A DNA stretch of 64,000 nucleotides. Origin: Octopus sinensis. Taxonomy: Eukaryota. Both the position numbers and the translations under genes were made by a program. Shown one piece after another: positions 1-13,760 of this stretch. Each line of letters begins with the position of its first letter. The stretch's first letter is position 1. The notes beneath the pieces are model-generated. The model did no database searches. It was not told the origin of the DNA and saw only the letters and a program-made list of their open reading frames with translations. The stretch covers positions 139,562,001 through 139,626,000 of the forward strand of contig NC_042997.1 in NCBI RefSeq assembly GCF_006345805.1. The letters are read 5' to 3'.

Positions 1-1694
1 TGTTCCCACTCTCTCCCTTTTATACATCAATAACCTACTTGCTATCACATCCAACAAGGTTTTTCACATTAACAGTGGATGGCTAATAATGATAATTTAC
101 AGAAAGTTGAATCACTGACTTAATCTGATGCCTTAGATATTATAGCATATTATCTATGACTTTCACCCTTTCACTGTGAAATTAAATTTAATGGCTATTC
201 CAGTAATGATAGTGAATATTTATCAAAAATAGATATGGCATTTTCTGCAAGTCACATAACCTCAATAAACTTGACATATCTCAACAAAAAATACTTTCAA
301 ACATGACACTTTTCAATGAAAGACAGATTGGTTATTAGGGGTAATTACATTTTGAGTGGGTCTATCCGATTTACACAATAGAAGTGTTAAGAATAGCATT
401 AACATTACACAATCTCATTTCTTTAACCATATAGACTTTATCTATTGTGCTTATGTAAAAAAGGAACTTTATATTTAAGAAGATGTACTTGCATGCTAAG
501 TGTTTTGATATGAAACTGTGTGTTGAAACTAAAATGAGTGCAGATTGGAAAACACACAAAAACTATTAAAATTTTCTTTGCTCAAAACTACATCCTGTTC
601 ACAGCACAAATTTTGTGCTGTGTGTGCTGTGATCAGGTCACAGTTTCAAGTGACAAAACTTTTGACACCATATTACAAACAATAAATGTTTAAGTGAAGA
701 TAAGTCTTTGTGTGTTTCTGAATGGCTAACTTATGTTTTCCATGATGCACTAAAATATCTGATAACATGAAATTTGTGTTGATAGACTAATATTAGATAT
801 CTTCAAAGAAACAAATTATATTGTGCTAGATTTAGACTACAAAAGTGAAAGAAATATTACATTTAATTCATGGATGAATGGTTAGTGTTAAGTTCATTCA
901 ACATTAAAAAAAAACTGTTGCAATAATAAAGGCAGATGTTTTTTTCATTTAAGTTTGTTTTTAATTTTTTACTGTTTAACTTTTTTCTTTACATTTAATG
1001 AGAGGAAAGTAGATAGTGAACTTTTGACTATTTAACAAGGACATCATATCCTTTTTTGCTGGGGCTCTGTGACTAGCAGGAGAAAAGACAAAAGAAATTA
1101 TAACTCATAGGCTATCCTCAAGCTGAAGATCTAGTCCAAATGCTTCTGCTAACAGCATCCAAGTTGCTATTAAACCACAGGCTAATCCTGAACAAGAAGA
1201 CTTATGATCGAGCCCCAACATTTTTAGGAATATGCATGACTATATTATCTAATGTGTCCTTGCTTTGTTTTTTACAATAGTAAAGTCTGATATGGACATT
1301 TGGCTGCTATTTCTAGTAGGTCAAACGACCTCATAGAGACTTCCTACAAAATTTAGTGTCAATTTCATCAACTATAACCTGCCTAGCATAGTTGCGTACT
1401 AGTGTCAATGCAAGAAATTGATATATAGTTTCATCCTTTACATTGTAAGTTCAAATCCCACTGGTCTCAAGTCTGCTTTCTTTTTCTTCACCTTGGAGGA
1501 ATGAAAAATATCAATTATAAATAGAGAGTTTCAATTCACTACAGCTCTTGTATTAATATGGAAACTTAAACTTTTTTAATATTTTAACCTCCAATTTCAA
1601 TTCTGCTCAGTCAACTTTTGCCTTTCATCCATCCTTGGTTTATAAATTTAATACCAAACATAGCCTATGGTGGATCAGTTTATGGGTATCCCAC

Positions 1695-1926
1695 AAGGCG
1701 GCGAGCTGGCAGAAACGTTAGCACGCCGGGCGAAATGCTTAGCGGTATTTCGTCTGCGTTACGTTGTGAGTTCAAATTCCGCCGAGGTCGACTTTGCCTT
1801 TCATCCTTTCGGGGTCGATAAATTAAGTACCAGTTACGCACTGGGGTCGATGTAATCGACATAATACCTATGTCTGTCCTTGTTTGTCCCCTCTGTGTTT
1901 AGCCCCTTGTGGGTAATAAAGAAATA
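1695..1926 (+). mobile_element. tRNA-derived SINE, family A (core gcctttcatcctttcggggtcgataaattaagtaccag, resembling the Meta-type domain)
   Basis: A-box-like and B-box-like (gagttcaaattcc) head, A-rich tail, and 10-bp TSD ggtatcccac at 1685-1694 and 1927-1936. Confidence 0.9.
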
Positions 1927-1968
1927 GGTATCCCACTGTGTGGCACCTTAGCAACAGATAGCCTCAGG

Positions 1969-2134
1969 CAGGGCCGGCTCAAGGTACTGGCAGCTCTGGC
2001 AGTCATTTGGGGTACCATGTGCTAGTGGGTGCCAAGGAGGGCGTGACAAAGACAAGGAAATTTCCATGACAGTCAGGTTGTACATGCCAAAGTTCAGCTT
2101 GCCTGGGGTACCAGCAACCCTAGGACCAGCCCTG
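1969..2134. mobile_element. hAT-type MITE
   Basis: Termini cagggccgg / ccagccctg; perfect 8-bp TSD gcctcagg at 1961-1968 and 2135-2142. Confidence 0.85.
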
Positions 2135-3291
2135 GCCTCAGGCTAAACAAAGCCTTAAAAGTAAAACTTAGGAGACGGAAACTGAGTGGAAGCCTGGCAG
2201 AGGACCATTCTTGTTCTTGGGAGGAAACTTAATCCATCACCTGGTCCTTGATACCTTCAGCAGAATCCAATCTGATACAAGCATCCAGCCATATCTCCAA
2301 TGTGAGGATAATTTTCATCCTTCTTCCCACCAGTCTCAAAAACCTTGTAAAACATTCTGAGTGTTGCCCTTTTACTTCTCAATTAAGCAATTTTTTAAAA
2401 AATTAAAGGTATTGCCAGTCAGGTATAAATTTAAAAAAAAAAAACATTGTAAGTCAAGTAGGATAACTGGATATACCAGTCAGATTTCTAGGCCAGATTT
2501 TTAGGCTATATTACATCAATGCTAAGTACTGTATCAGTACCACAAATATTCTCTTAACTCTAGCATTTAAACCAGCCATATCTAGCCAAAATAATCTACC
2601 TGTTTTATCTTCAAACCAGCCAGATCTGGCCTCTCACACTTACCCTACAATGTTATTCTAAAAATAAATAATCACATCACTGAAATCTCAAAGCAACAAG
2701 GCATTGCATGATTAATTCAAATCAATGTGAATAAACAAGCATTATATTTGACAGAGAAATCTGAATGTTAAGGGGTTAGATGAATAAAATAAAATAAAAT
2801 ATAACTAAACAATGAATTACAGTGAATTATAACAGGTAAATGCATGATTTACTTTGATATGAGAAATGATGTGATTTTGTATTTTGAATCACACTTATTA
2901 TAATATGAGAAATCCATAACCTAATGAACTTAATGCTGATATGAATTGTACATCAAAAGTATAACAGAGGAAAAAAATTTATTTTCCTAATCGTGACTAT
3001 ATACACAGGAAAATCCCCCTCATCAGCAAATGTTGATATGTTATCTGTGAAATAGTAGCATCGACTTATACACAAGATAGAGGGAAAATTCTAAATTTTT
3101 AGCCCCCAAAAAGAGACTTGACTGTTACATGAAACTAACTTTTATTCAAGTATATACAGAAGTTTACTTTTTAGCCACATGGTTCCAGGCCCAATTCTAC
3201 TTTGTTACACCTTGGGATACCTTCTACTATAGCTCCAGGCTAACCGAAGCCTTGTAAGTAGATTTCATAAAGGGGAAATGAAAAAGTTCAG

Positions 3292-3298
3292 AGAGAGA

Positions 3299-3334
<36 letters not shown>

Positions 3335-3482
3335 ACGTGTGTGCGCACGCGCGCGTGTGTGTGAGAGTGTGTGTGTGTGTCATGTGCATGTGTGCGCGTG
3401 TGTGTGTGTGTGTGTGTGTGTGTCATGTGCATGTGTGTGTGTGTGTGTGTGGTGTGTGTGTCATGTGCATGTGTGTGTGTGT
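3292..3482. repeat. Compound (GA)/(GT)n microsatellite; similar tracts at about 6625-6790, 15845-15920, 32078-32122, 35008-35135, 38828-38920 and 58768-58828
   Basis: Directly visible dinucleotide runs. Confidence 0.95.
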
Positions 3483-3811
3483 TACTGTCTCCTTGTCTTG
3501 ATATTACGTGATAATTATAAACTAGTGTCACTGTCATGCAAGCAATGTCCTTCATTTCCAATCTTCCAAAAAAACATGTCTGGTCATGGGGAAATATTAC
3601 CTTACTTGGAAACTTGAAGGTTAATGAGAGAAAGGGCATCCAGCCATAGAATATCCATCCCAACAACTGTGAGCATGGAAACGTGGATATTAATACAATG
3701 ATGATACCTCATATATTTTGTTCAGTCACAACACATTGGATATAGTAAGGTTTGAATATGCTTCAGTTACGAATTCACAAAAATCAAATTTAAAATGTCA
3801 ATTAAACATAC

Positions 3812-3923
3812 CAAGTCATGCTGTTTTCTTCCTTGATTCTGCTGTGCCATACGGGCCTTGTAAGCAAACAACAGTTGCTGGTTTTGTTTTTGGGCTGCTG
3901 CCATTGGACTCATATCAACAGGT
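3812..3923 (-). CDS. VPS9D1: VPS9D1-like exon 5 (KPVDMSPMAAAQKQNQQLLFAYKARMAQQNQGRKQHDL); gene continues beyond the window start
   Basis: Acceptor attatattgtttcag, donor TTG|gtatgt; 112 nt, phase 2 in and 0 out. Matches the VPS9D1 motif TPLEEASLQNQKLKAAYEARMARL. I found no further exon in 1-3811. Confidence 0.88.
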
Positions 3924-6029
3924 CTGAAACAATATAATATCATACTTACTTTCCTTATGTTATACATAAAGTTTTGGAATTATAACAAAGGAAACAGATA
4001 GATGTGATATTTATGCCTTTCCTGATAGAATTATTAAAGTGATTAAAGACAGCAAGCTGTCAGAATCATTAACACGCTTGAAAAATTGCTAAGCAGCATT
4101 TCTCCCAACTCTTTACATTCTGTATTGAAATACAACCATGGTCAGTTTTATCTTATGTCCTTTTGGGGTCAATAAAATCAGTACCAGTTAAGCACTGGGG
4201 TCAATGTAATCAACTTACTTCTCCCTTAAAAACATGCTGGCCTTGCATCAAAACTTGAAACTGTTATTAAAATGATTTATTTTTGTCTTTCAGCATAGAC
4301 ACAGGTAAATATTCTGAAATAATGGTTTCAAATTTTGGCAAAAGGCCAGCAAGTTCAAGATGGAGGTAAGTCAATAACATCAACACCAGTGCTCAACTGG
4401 TATTTATTTTATCAACCCAGAAAGGATGAAAGGCAAAGTCAACATCAGCCGATTTTGAAGCTAGAACATACGGACAAACGAAATACCACTAAGTATTTTG
4501 CCCAGTATGCTAATGATTCTGCCAGCTTGCCACCTTTAAATGTTCTGAAATATTACAACTAAATGTTCCAAAGAAAGATGAATGTATATTTCATGTATTT
4601 GTAAGTATATTACCAATTGTTGATTCACAGTAGCAGAATTAATAAGTGTCAAAAGGAGGATGTTAGTTGCATAAAGAAGTGGATAGAACCTGAGATGGAG
4701 GAAGGAGAAATGGTATAAAGTAATGAAGACTGATTTCAAGAAGATGAATCTTATGAAGGAGATGAGAAAGGACAACAACAAGTGGAAACATGTGAACCTG
4801 GAGAAGACTCATTGATCCATGGCCAAACGGATATTAAAAAGATGATGGAAGTGGTGGTGAGATTAGGGTTTGGGATCTGTCTTTATTCAATCCCCATCTA
4901 TCATTAACTGTTTTCATTGTCTCTCGCTCATTGCACTGCCTGTGTAATAGAGTAAGGCATCAGTTCTGTTCATATTCAATCCCTCTACCACCAACCTTCT
5001 TTGCTGATAACCATCTCTCTCCCTTCCTCATACACACACACATTACTATCTCCATCACTCATTATTGCCAAAAATCTCTTTCAATCTATCTACTTATCTA
5101 TCTCCTTCACTTCCATTAATATCTCTCTCACTCTTTCTCCTTTCTATGAATCTCTTCTCCCATCATACTGTTTTTCAATGCAGTCTTCTTACCAACAATC
5201 AACATGTTGAACAGGTCAACTCCAGTACTTATTTTTTAAGTCTGGTACTTATTTTATTAGTCTTTTTTACCCGAACCACTAAAATGCAGGGACATAAACA
5301 AACCAACACTGGTTGTCAAGCAATGATGGGAGGGAGGACAAACACAACACAAAGACACACACCATGGATATATATACACATACAGGACAGGGTTTTTTCT
5401 TCATTTTCCATCAACCAAATTCACTTAAAAGGCTTTGGTTGGCCAGGGGCTATAGTAGAAGATATTTATCTAATGTACTGAGCAGTGGAACTGAAACTAG
5501 GACCATGTAATTGAGAAGCACACTTCTTACCACAGAGCTCTGTCTGCACCTATATAATGCACTTTTTGAAATTTGTCTTAGTGTGAAGCCTACATTTTGC
5601 AGGAATATATCTAGTTTAGTTTCCAATGACCTATAAATATATCCTTTTATGATATTTGATTCAAAAAATGTTATGAAAATATATTCACATAGGTCAGACA
5701 AGCTTATGTCAACACTTAATGAAACTCAGTCCCTGAGTAACTGAATCATTATGGCCACTCCTCTTCTACTTATTTTTCTTTGTTTCAAACTTATTTCGTC
5801 ATTGACTATAAATATACATAACCATATAAGAGATACATTTAACCATTAAGGTATTTTAACATAACATCACCGACTACATCATCATCATCTTCATGTCAAT
5901 TTTTTTCAACACTTGCATGGGTTAAAAAGAGTTTATTGAAGCAGATTTTCTATGGCCAGATACCCAGCATGTCACCAGCCCTTACCTGTTTCCAAATAAG
6001 GTAATATTTGTAAGCATGACAGATGTGAG

Positions 6030-6560
6030 ACCACTCAGACAGTTACTTTATGGAGAGTTACAACTTGGAAAATGATCACAACATAAGCCAAAGAAATGAT
6101 ACAAGGACTGCATTCATGACAACTTAGAGAAATTGAAAATAAATGTTCAATTCTGGAAAGAGAAAGTGAGCTGGCCAAAAAATGGCATGAACAGTTAAAA
6201 CCTATTTTGAGAGAGGAAGGTATAATGGATAGACCAGATGAGATGAGATTAAGAGTTGGAAATGCAGTCTCTGCGACTGATATATCTTGTCAAACATATC
6301 TTTTGAAATAAGCCACATGAAATTACACAGTAATTTGCAAAACATGGTAACAACATCTGTGCAGTATGTGGAAAAATCTATCAGAGTAATACTAGTTTGA
6401 ATAGGCACAAAAGTACATAAGATTACCAAATCACAAGTAAGCCATGTATACTATGTACAAGTTTTCAGTCTTATCTGCCGTGTATGACAAACCTTGATGG
6501 TCAACTGTTGTCTTAAAAGTCATCAAAGAGCACACAGATGTTATGAAGATTATCATAATG
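6030..6560 (+). mobile_element. Old RTE-like LINE 3' fragment with C2H2 fingers
   Basis: LLYGELQLGK..KPKK.YKDCI and CAVCGKIYQSNTSLNRH, with stops. Confidence 0.55.
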
Positions 6561-6705
6561 ATGGAGATTAATTGAGACAGTTACCATCTATCATGTGTTA
6601 AGATGAAATGATTTAAGAAAGAGAGAAAGTGTATGTGTGTGCATGTTTGTGTGTGGTGTGTGTGTGTGTGTTGTGCATGCATGCATGCCTGTGCATGGGC
6701 GCATC

Positions 6706-6742
<37 letters not shown>

Positions 6743-8588
6743 ACACACACATGCATACGTGTGGTGTGTGTGTGCATGCCTGTGTGCCTCATTGTCTTGA
6801 CATTACTTGATAGTTGTGAGTATCACCATCACTAATGCAGTCTCCCTCATTCATTTCTAACTATGGCAACATGAGAGGCATCTTGTCATAGAAAATCTGT
6901 TTCAATGAATTCTATCTGACCCATGTAAGCATAGAAAAGTGGACATAACAATTATGAGGAAGAAGAATTTAGGACTTAGGTTAGTTTTGTTTAAGTGACA
7001 TATGCTTACTTTGAAATTAATACTCTCAGTTTGAAATCACATGTAATGTCCTTTGTTTCTATTGGACAAATGTGGTAATTTGTCTTTCATGTGTATGTGT
7101 GTATGCACATGTATGTGTGTATGCACATGCGATTCTTGTTGCTGTTGTTGTTTCGCCCAAAGCTAATCCAAGGCAAATCTATGACGAAATCCAAGTCATA
7201 ACCATCCTCTCTTTTTTGAAGTAGCATGCATCTAGGACATGATCCAGTCCATCCTATAACCCTTTAGCATTCAGATTAATCCATCAAATGTAATGCTTAT
7301 TTATTCACATTGTTTTGAATTAATTATGCATTATTTCATAGCTTCGAGATTTCAGTGATGTGACTGTTTATTTTAAGGATGACATGGTATGGTAGGTGTG
7401 AGAGCCCACATCTGGCTAGTTTGAACATAAAACAGAATATTGACGCCAGATATGACAGGTTTAAATGCTAAAAGGTTAAAGATGGTAGGAAGTAATGTGA
7501 GGAAGATCTGGCTGCTAATTCTAGTAGCATAAAGATGGTTGGCATCACATTGCACATAGAGTTAAATTCAGAATCTACGAAAATTGGATTAACTTGCCTC
7601 CAACTAAAGCCACTATACCACTTTCTTTTCTTCACTCAGATGAATGCAAGAACCCCAAAATTTTAGATTCTTCACTCCTTATAGCAATTTGATCTTATAC
7701 AAACACATTATACAGTCTGAGACTATACTGAACCAACTGATGTTGCAACTATTTTGGCACACATGTAGGCTTTGTGTCTTACAGGATCATGAAAATGGGT
7801 TTTATGTTGAAACTGTAATAGTGTTCTAGAGTATTGTTGGTATATCTACATGCTTGTAGATGGTTAAACAGATAACTCTAGTGGCTATGTGGAGCAGTGC
7901 ACATCTCAGTCATTTAAACTGAAAGATCACTTAAAAATTCACATTTCTAAGTGATGTTTCAGTTTAAGTAGTGTTGATGTCATTTAACACCAGGTCAGTG
8001 CAAATCAAACAAACCTGTAGTCAAAAGCATCCCAGCCATAACTATCTTGCTTTTTGTATATCAGAGACTAATTAAGATGGCAAGATTTTGAGAGCTATTT
8101 CCTGCAGGCCAGACAACAACATAAAAGCATCTTGAGCTCAGCAGTCACAGTGGTGTGTGTTTGTTGATGTATGTGTGAGTGACACATGCATAAGTGTATA
8201 AGTATATATGTGAGTTAATGTGTTTAAGTGCATGTGTGAGATGATCTATGTGTGTTCACATATATGAACTCTAACAGTAAAAAATCACATGATAATAGGG
8301 ATGCATAAAGATAACATGATGTTATGCAGAGATACAAAAGTGGAGGGAGTGTTAATGGTAATAATAAAAAGGATGAAAATAATTTCGTCTTTTAGATAAT
8401 GAATGCAATGCTGTTGACTATAACCACATTGCTTTACAGTGCAATGTAATTATAGTTCACAGTGATTCTTAAAGCAGATGTATGATGTAACATTTATGAA
8501 AAATTCCAGAACATATAAATAACTAATCTAAGTATATGATGAAAAATTTCCAAACAATAAAGGAGAAGAAAGATGTATTATTCCTTAC

Positions 8589-8706
8589 TTAGTATAAGTA
8601 TTCACAGATGAATTATGTAGTGTAGATAAAGGTGCTAAATTTTCATTGCTTAAAGTGATCCTTGAACTCTTCAGGTTTTTAGAGGGAAGGGCTTGAGTTG
8701 GAGACC
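8589..8706 (-). CDS. VPS9D1: VPS9D1-like exon 4 (GSPTQALPSKNLKSSRITLSNENLAPLSTLHNSSVNTYT), low-complexity linker
   Basis: Acceptor ttttattttcttgaag, donor AA|gtaagg; 118 nt open frame, phase 1 in and 2 out, which bridges exon 3 (out 1) and exon 5 (in 2) exactly. No recognisable motif, so support comes from splice sites and phase. Confidence 0.7.
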
Positions 8707-10935
8707 CTTCAAGAAAATAAAACAACATCATTGTTAAATTTGTCAAATTAAAGATCAACTGGTTAACATAGAATGGAAAGCTAAACCAAAACATCATGGG
8801 TTCATAATTAAATCATGTTTTGTTATTGGATTAATTATGAAGGACATGTATGTGGGTCTATCTTCCTCAGATAATTATTCAATCAAAAATAGTTACTACA
8901 TCACTTATGTGCAACAGTTTTGAGCTAACAAAAATTACAAAATCATTTCACATTTGGTTGGATGTCAAGTGAAAAAATTTATATATTAAAGTAAAAAATT
9001 ATTTTTGTAATCCCAATTCACTGAAATTTTTGGTAAATAAAGACAATACAGGTAAGTGCAGATTTTTGTCTTTAAAGCCAGCTGGTAACAACAATGGGCA
9101 TGTTTTGGTTTCATTAGACTTTCTCATTCAATAAGATAAAATGCATACAACTCCCTCCAAAAGAACCATTTGAGCAATTGAAATTACTAATGGCAATTAA
9201 AAGAGAAATTTCTTAATAATCATTTCATTGATAAAGACGCCATGTAACTAACAACAGCCATGATCAGTAAATGTGGTCAAGAAATTTAAAAAATATGAAT
9301 TTATCCAAAATAAATACTTTTATTATGGGAATTAAATTAATGTAAATCCACATGTGATCATTCTCAATCTATGCCCCATCAACTCTTTTCCATCATCATT
9401 GGTTTATTGCTCACCTTCACATACAATCAACAGGTTAACAGAATTCATATTTGACTTGGGACAAATCCTATACTAAGTCCATCAACAAACTCAGATGCAT
9501 TACTTTTATGTATTTGTCTCCAGAAGAATGGAAAATGAAGTAAAAACAAGGACAGCATTTGAACTCAGAACATAAGAACAAATGATATGGTTGAGTGGAA
9601 AGTACCTCTGGAGAGTATTCTGCATGCTAAGTACACACATGGTAAGGTTTCACATATGTATTAAACTTGGATTAACTTTAGATTATTCTTGGATCAATAC
9701 AAAAATCCCTCTGAAGGTATTCAAAAATCTCAAAAAAGAAAAGCAAGAGATATAACCCCAATAACACCAATTCATGGAAATTTTTGGAAAATAAAAGCAA
9801 TACAGTATAAGTACAGATTTTGTCATTAAAGCCATCATCATCATTATCATCATCGTTTAACATCCGCTTTCCATGCTAGCATGGGTTGGACAGTTCAACT
9901 GGGGTCTGGCAAGCCCGAAGGCTGCACCAGGCCAGTCAGATCTGGCAGTGTTTCTACAGCTGGATGCCCTTCCAAACGCCAACCACTCCGAGAGTGTAGT
10001 GGGTGATTTTATGTGCCAGCGACACAGGTGCCAGTCAAGGCTGGCAGACGGCCACGCTCGGATAATGTTTTTTATGTGCCACCGACACAGGTGCCAGACG
10101 AGGCTGGCAGACGGCCACGCTCGGATGGTGCTTTTTATGTGCCACCGACACAGGTGCCAGACGAGGCTGGCAGACGGCCATGCTCAAAAACAATGGGCAT
10201 CTTCCAGTTTTATTAGATTTCTTCATTCACTAAGATACAAAAGTGATCAGTAAATGTAGAAAAAGGGGGAACACATTGGAAGTTATTTTGAATATCAAAA
10301 TTATAGTTGTGCAAAAGTACCTCAGGAAGGCTGCCTGCATGTTAAATACAAGATCCATCAAAACAGGCTTGGTTAACACTGTTTTCTCATTACTTTAACA
10401 ATGACCATTACTATAGCAAAATTAAAATTATGCAAGTAAATCATTATAGTGATAATTAAAAGAAAAAGTATTCACATTCAAATGCATACATAATGTCTAA
10501 CTTTCTAAGACTTGAACTCAATGATGTAGCTGCTGGTTTTTAACCCTAGATTAGCACTAATAGACTAAACCTTTGACCAACAACATTCCAGCCATGAACC
10601 TACCACCTTTCACTCAGATACTGAATATCTAGGACTATATTATTTAATGTATCCTCTTTTCAATCTGATATGGAGTTGTCTGCAGGAAATTTGGCAACTA
10701 TTTCTACCCCTGATGCAACCACACAAAAGAGGCTCTCTTTGCCTTTGAATGACGTATTTATAGATGGCTCAGATGCAGTGTACAACAGAAAAGACTTCAT
10801 TGATGTGAGAATGAAACGTGTATGGAAGATGTATGTATTTATAGTAGAGAAAGATTTTGTATACTTTATATGCCTGACATTCAATATTTTGTTAGGTGAA
10901 AGACGAGAACCAAAGAAGATACTAATTTTACTAAC

Positions 10936-11031
10936 CTTCTACTTTCTCAAGTATTATTGATATTCGTTCCATACATTGTTGACCAAGTGTAACATAACGA
11001 TTCAAGACATTCCGGACTAAAATACCACCAT
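10936..11031 (-). CDS. VPS9D1: VPS9D1-like exon 3 (DGGILVRNVLNRYVTLGQQCMERISIILEKVE)
   Basis: Acceptor tttatatttttgtag, donor AAG|gttagt; 96 nt, phase 1 in and 1 out. LGQQCMERI matches the VPS9D1 motif LAQQCLERA. Confidence 0.88.
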
Positions 11032-11474
11032 CTACAAAAATATAAAATAAACAAAATTAAACATGAAATACTAACGATATTAGTGAGATCACAGGCAGAC
11101 TGACAGAGAAGGTAGCCTACATAAGCAGCAGATATCACAGGCATGTTCACTGGTGATAGACTTCACATGTGGCAGATATCACAAGTAAGCTGAGAGAAGA
11201 GATACACTCCATATGTGGCAGATGCACAGAGAATGTGGACTAAATTCCTTCAAATGTTTCAAAGGCGCTCTAAAAGTAATTGATAGTTTTTGCTATCAAA
11301 GTGACCAAATTAATAGTGGAAGCGGGTGCTGTGAAAGTATAATACCCAGAGTAAGAATGATGAAAAAGGTTCATTGCAACGAAGGGTCCTTCTCAGTGTG
11401 GAGGGTAGATTGTATGATGTTTGTGTATGAAGTGTGATCCTGCATAGTAACAAGAGATGAACCTTGAATTATCT

Positions 11475-12200
11475 TACTTCAGTTGTGAGACTGCGGCCAT
11501 GCTGGAGCACAACCTTGAAGAATTTTTAGTCAAATGAACTGACCCAAGTACTTTTCATCTTTAAGCCTGGTACTTATTCTATCAGTCTCTTGTGCTGAAC
11601 TGCTAAGTTATGTAAACACACCAACACCAGTTGTTAAGCAGTGGTGGGGGACAAACACAGACACAAACACACACACACATATATATACGAAGGGATTCTT
11701 TCAGTTTCCATCAACTAAATCCACTCATGGCTTTGGTCAGCCTAAGGCTATATTCTTTTAATCTTTTACTTGTTTCAGTCATTTGACTGCGGCCATGCTG
11801 GAGCACTGCCTTTAGTCGAACAAATCGACCCCAGGACTTATTCTTTGTAAGCCTAGTACTTATTCTATTGGTCTCTTTTGCCAAACCACTAAGTTACGGG
11901 GACATAAACACACCAGCATCAGTTGTCAAGCGATGTTGGGGGGACAAACACAGACACACAAACATACATATATGATGGGCTTCTTTCAGTTTCCGTCTAC
12001 AAAATCGACTCACAAGGCTTTGGTCGGCCCAAGGCTATAGTAGAAGACACTTGCCCAAAGTGCCACGCAGTGGGACTGAACCCAGGACCATGTGGTTCAT
12101 AAGCAAGCTACTTACCACACAGCCACTCCTACGCCTATAGTAGAAGATACTTGCCCAAGGTGGCTGGGAAGCTACTTACCACACAGCTACACCTGTGCCA
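11475..12200 (-). mobile_element. SINE family B (CORE-like): a full copy at about 11755-12134 nested inside an older copy of the same family
   Basis: tRNA-like head (ggagtggctgtgtggtaag..ggttcagtccc), CORE-like ggcac(c/t)ttgggcaagtgtcttc and an internal microsatellite. The older copy is split at ctata. Further copies lie at about 5215-5550, 14870-15030, 26245-26625 and 36410-36722. Confidence 0.85.
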
Positions 12201-12441
12201 ATGCAGAAGATTTTTACAAAGACTGAAAAGAAATGAGGTGAACACACTCCCTTGGATGTGTAAAGTTAATGTACATGAATAGCAGAGTATAAATAAGTTG
12301 AGGGAAAAAAAAACTGGACGAAAGAGGAATGAAATGCAGTGTGCAAAAGGTAAGACTGTGCAGAGGACATGTGATGCATATGGAGAATCTAAGTTGTACA
12401 AAGAAGTGTTAAATGGACAAAAACAGTGAAAGAGGATTTAA

Positions 12442-12662
12442 CCCTTTAGTGTTCACATTATTCTGCCAAAACTAATGCTTTTTTATCCACATTGTTTTGA
12501 ACTAATCATGCATTATCTTGTAGCTTTACAATTTTGATGAGGTAGCTGTTAATTTTTAAGATGATATTATAGAGTTGGTGTGAGAGACCAGATCTGGCCA
12601 GTCTGAACATAAAACAAGCAGAATACTTTTGGCCGGATATGGCCAGTTTAAATGCTAAAGGG
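12442..12662. mobile_element. piggyBac-like MITE (about 220 bp); related copies at about 2555-2778, 7259-7476, 17085-17308 and 40100-40311
   Basis: TTAA|ccctttag ... ctaaaggg|TTAA; the internal sequence is shared among five copies in both orientations. Confidence 0.75.
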
Positions 12663-13011
12663 TTAAATGGATTTTAAATGGTGGGAGGAAGAGGTTGTTG
12701 ACTTGCTTAAAAGGTAGAAAAGGAAGATAAGGGAAGAAGTGGTAAAGACTGATCGCATGAAGCTGAACCTCAAGATAGAGATGACAAAATACTATGAAAA
12801 AATGCCAAAGTGCTGTTTTGGACTGGAGCAAGCATGGAAAAACAAACATAAAAATGATAATGGAAGTAAGGATGTGTAATATCTACATTTAGGTTATCTT
12901 TCACCCATTATGTCCATATTAAATCTCCTGCTACTAATCATCTTTGTTACTATCTACTGCCTTCGCTCTCTTCATTACATATTCCCTTGCTTTCATTGTG
13001 CTTCCTTTCCA

Positions 13012-13244
13012 AGGGTGGCGAGCTGGCAGAATCGTTAGCACGCCAGGCAAAATATTTAGCGGTATTTCATCTGCTGTTACGTTCTGAGTTCAAATTCCGC
13101 CGAAATCGACTTTGCCTTTCATCCTTTCGAGGTCAATTAAATAAGTACCAGTTACGCACTGGAGTCGATGTAATCAACTTCATCCCTTTGTCTGTTCTTG
13201 TTTGTCCCCTCTATGCTTAGCCCTCTGTGGGCAATAAATAAATA
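13012..13244 (+). mobile_element. SINE family A
   Basis: Same consensus as 1695-1926; 15-bp TSD tgtgcttcctttcca at 12997-13011 and 13245-13259. Confidence 0.9.
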
Positions 13245-13520
13245 TGTGCTTCCTTTCCATGGCAATGCATTGGATGCACTTATATTCTATCTCCCACTTA
13301 CCATCAGCCTTCCTTATTGCTACCCATCTCTTTCCCTTCCTTCCTCTCTATCTCTCATCATTGACACCCATCACTTTCTCTTACCATCCCCATCTTTATT
13401 GTTATCACTCTTCTCTCTTATTACTTCTCTATCGCTCATTACTCTCTCTTTCACTCTCTTTTTTCCCTTTTCTCTCTAACCCATTCCTCTCTCTTTCTCT
13501 CTTTCTCCCTTCCTCTCTTT

Positions 13521-13760
13521 TCTTATTTCTTATTTCTTTATTGCCCACAAGGGGCTAAACATAGAAGGGACAAACAAGGACAGACAAAGGGATTAAGTTG
13601 ATTACATGGACCCCAGTGTGTAACTGATACTTAATTTATCAACCCCGAAAGGATGAAAGGCAAAGTCAATCTTGGAGGAATTTGAACTCAGAACACAGTG
13701 GCAGACAAGATACTACAAAGCATTTCGCCCGGTGTGCTAACGATTCTGCCAGCTCACCCT
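13521..13760 (-). mobile_element. SINE family A, inverted relative to 13012-13244
   Basis: Reverse complement of the family consensus, full length. Confidence 0.88.

Noticed and set aside
600-622. 11-bp perfect inverted repeat cacagcacaaa-t-tttgtgctgtg
   Set aside because: Short and isolated; compatible with a local template-switch event.
9873-10253. Repetitive ORFs (CHRHRCQTRLADGH) here and at about 19.0-20.0 kb; CRISPR-like periodicity
   Set aside because: These are internal tandem units of a retroposon with no unique spacers and no cas genes, in a eukaryotic context.
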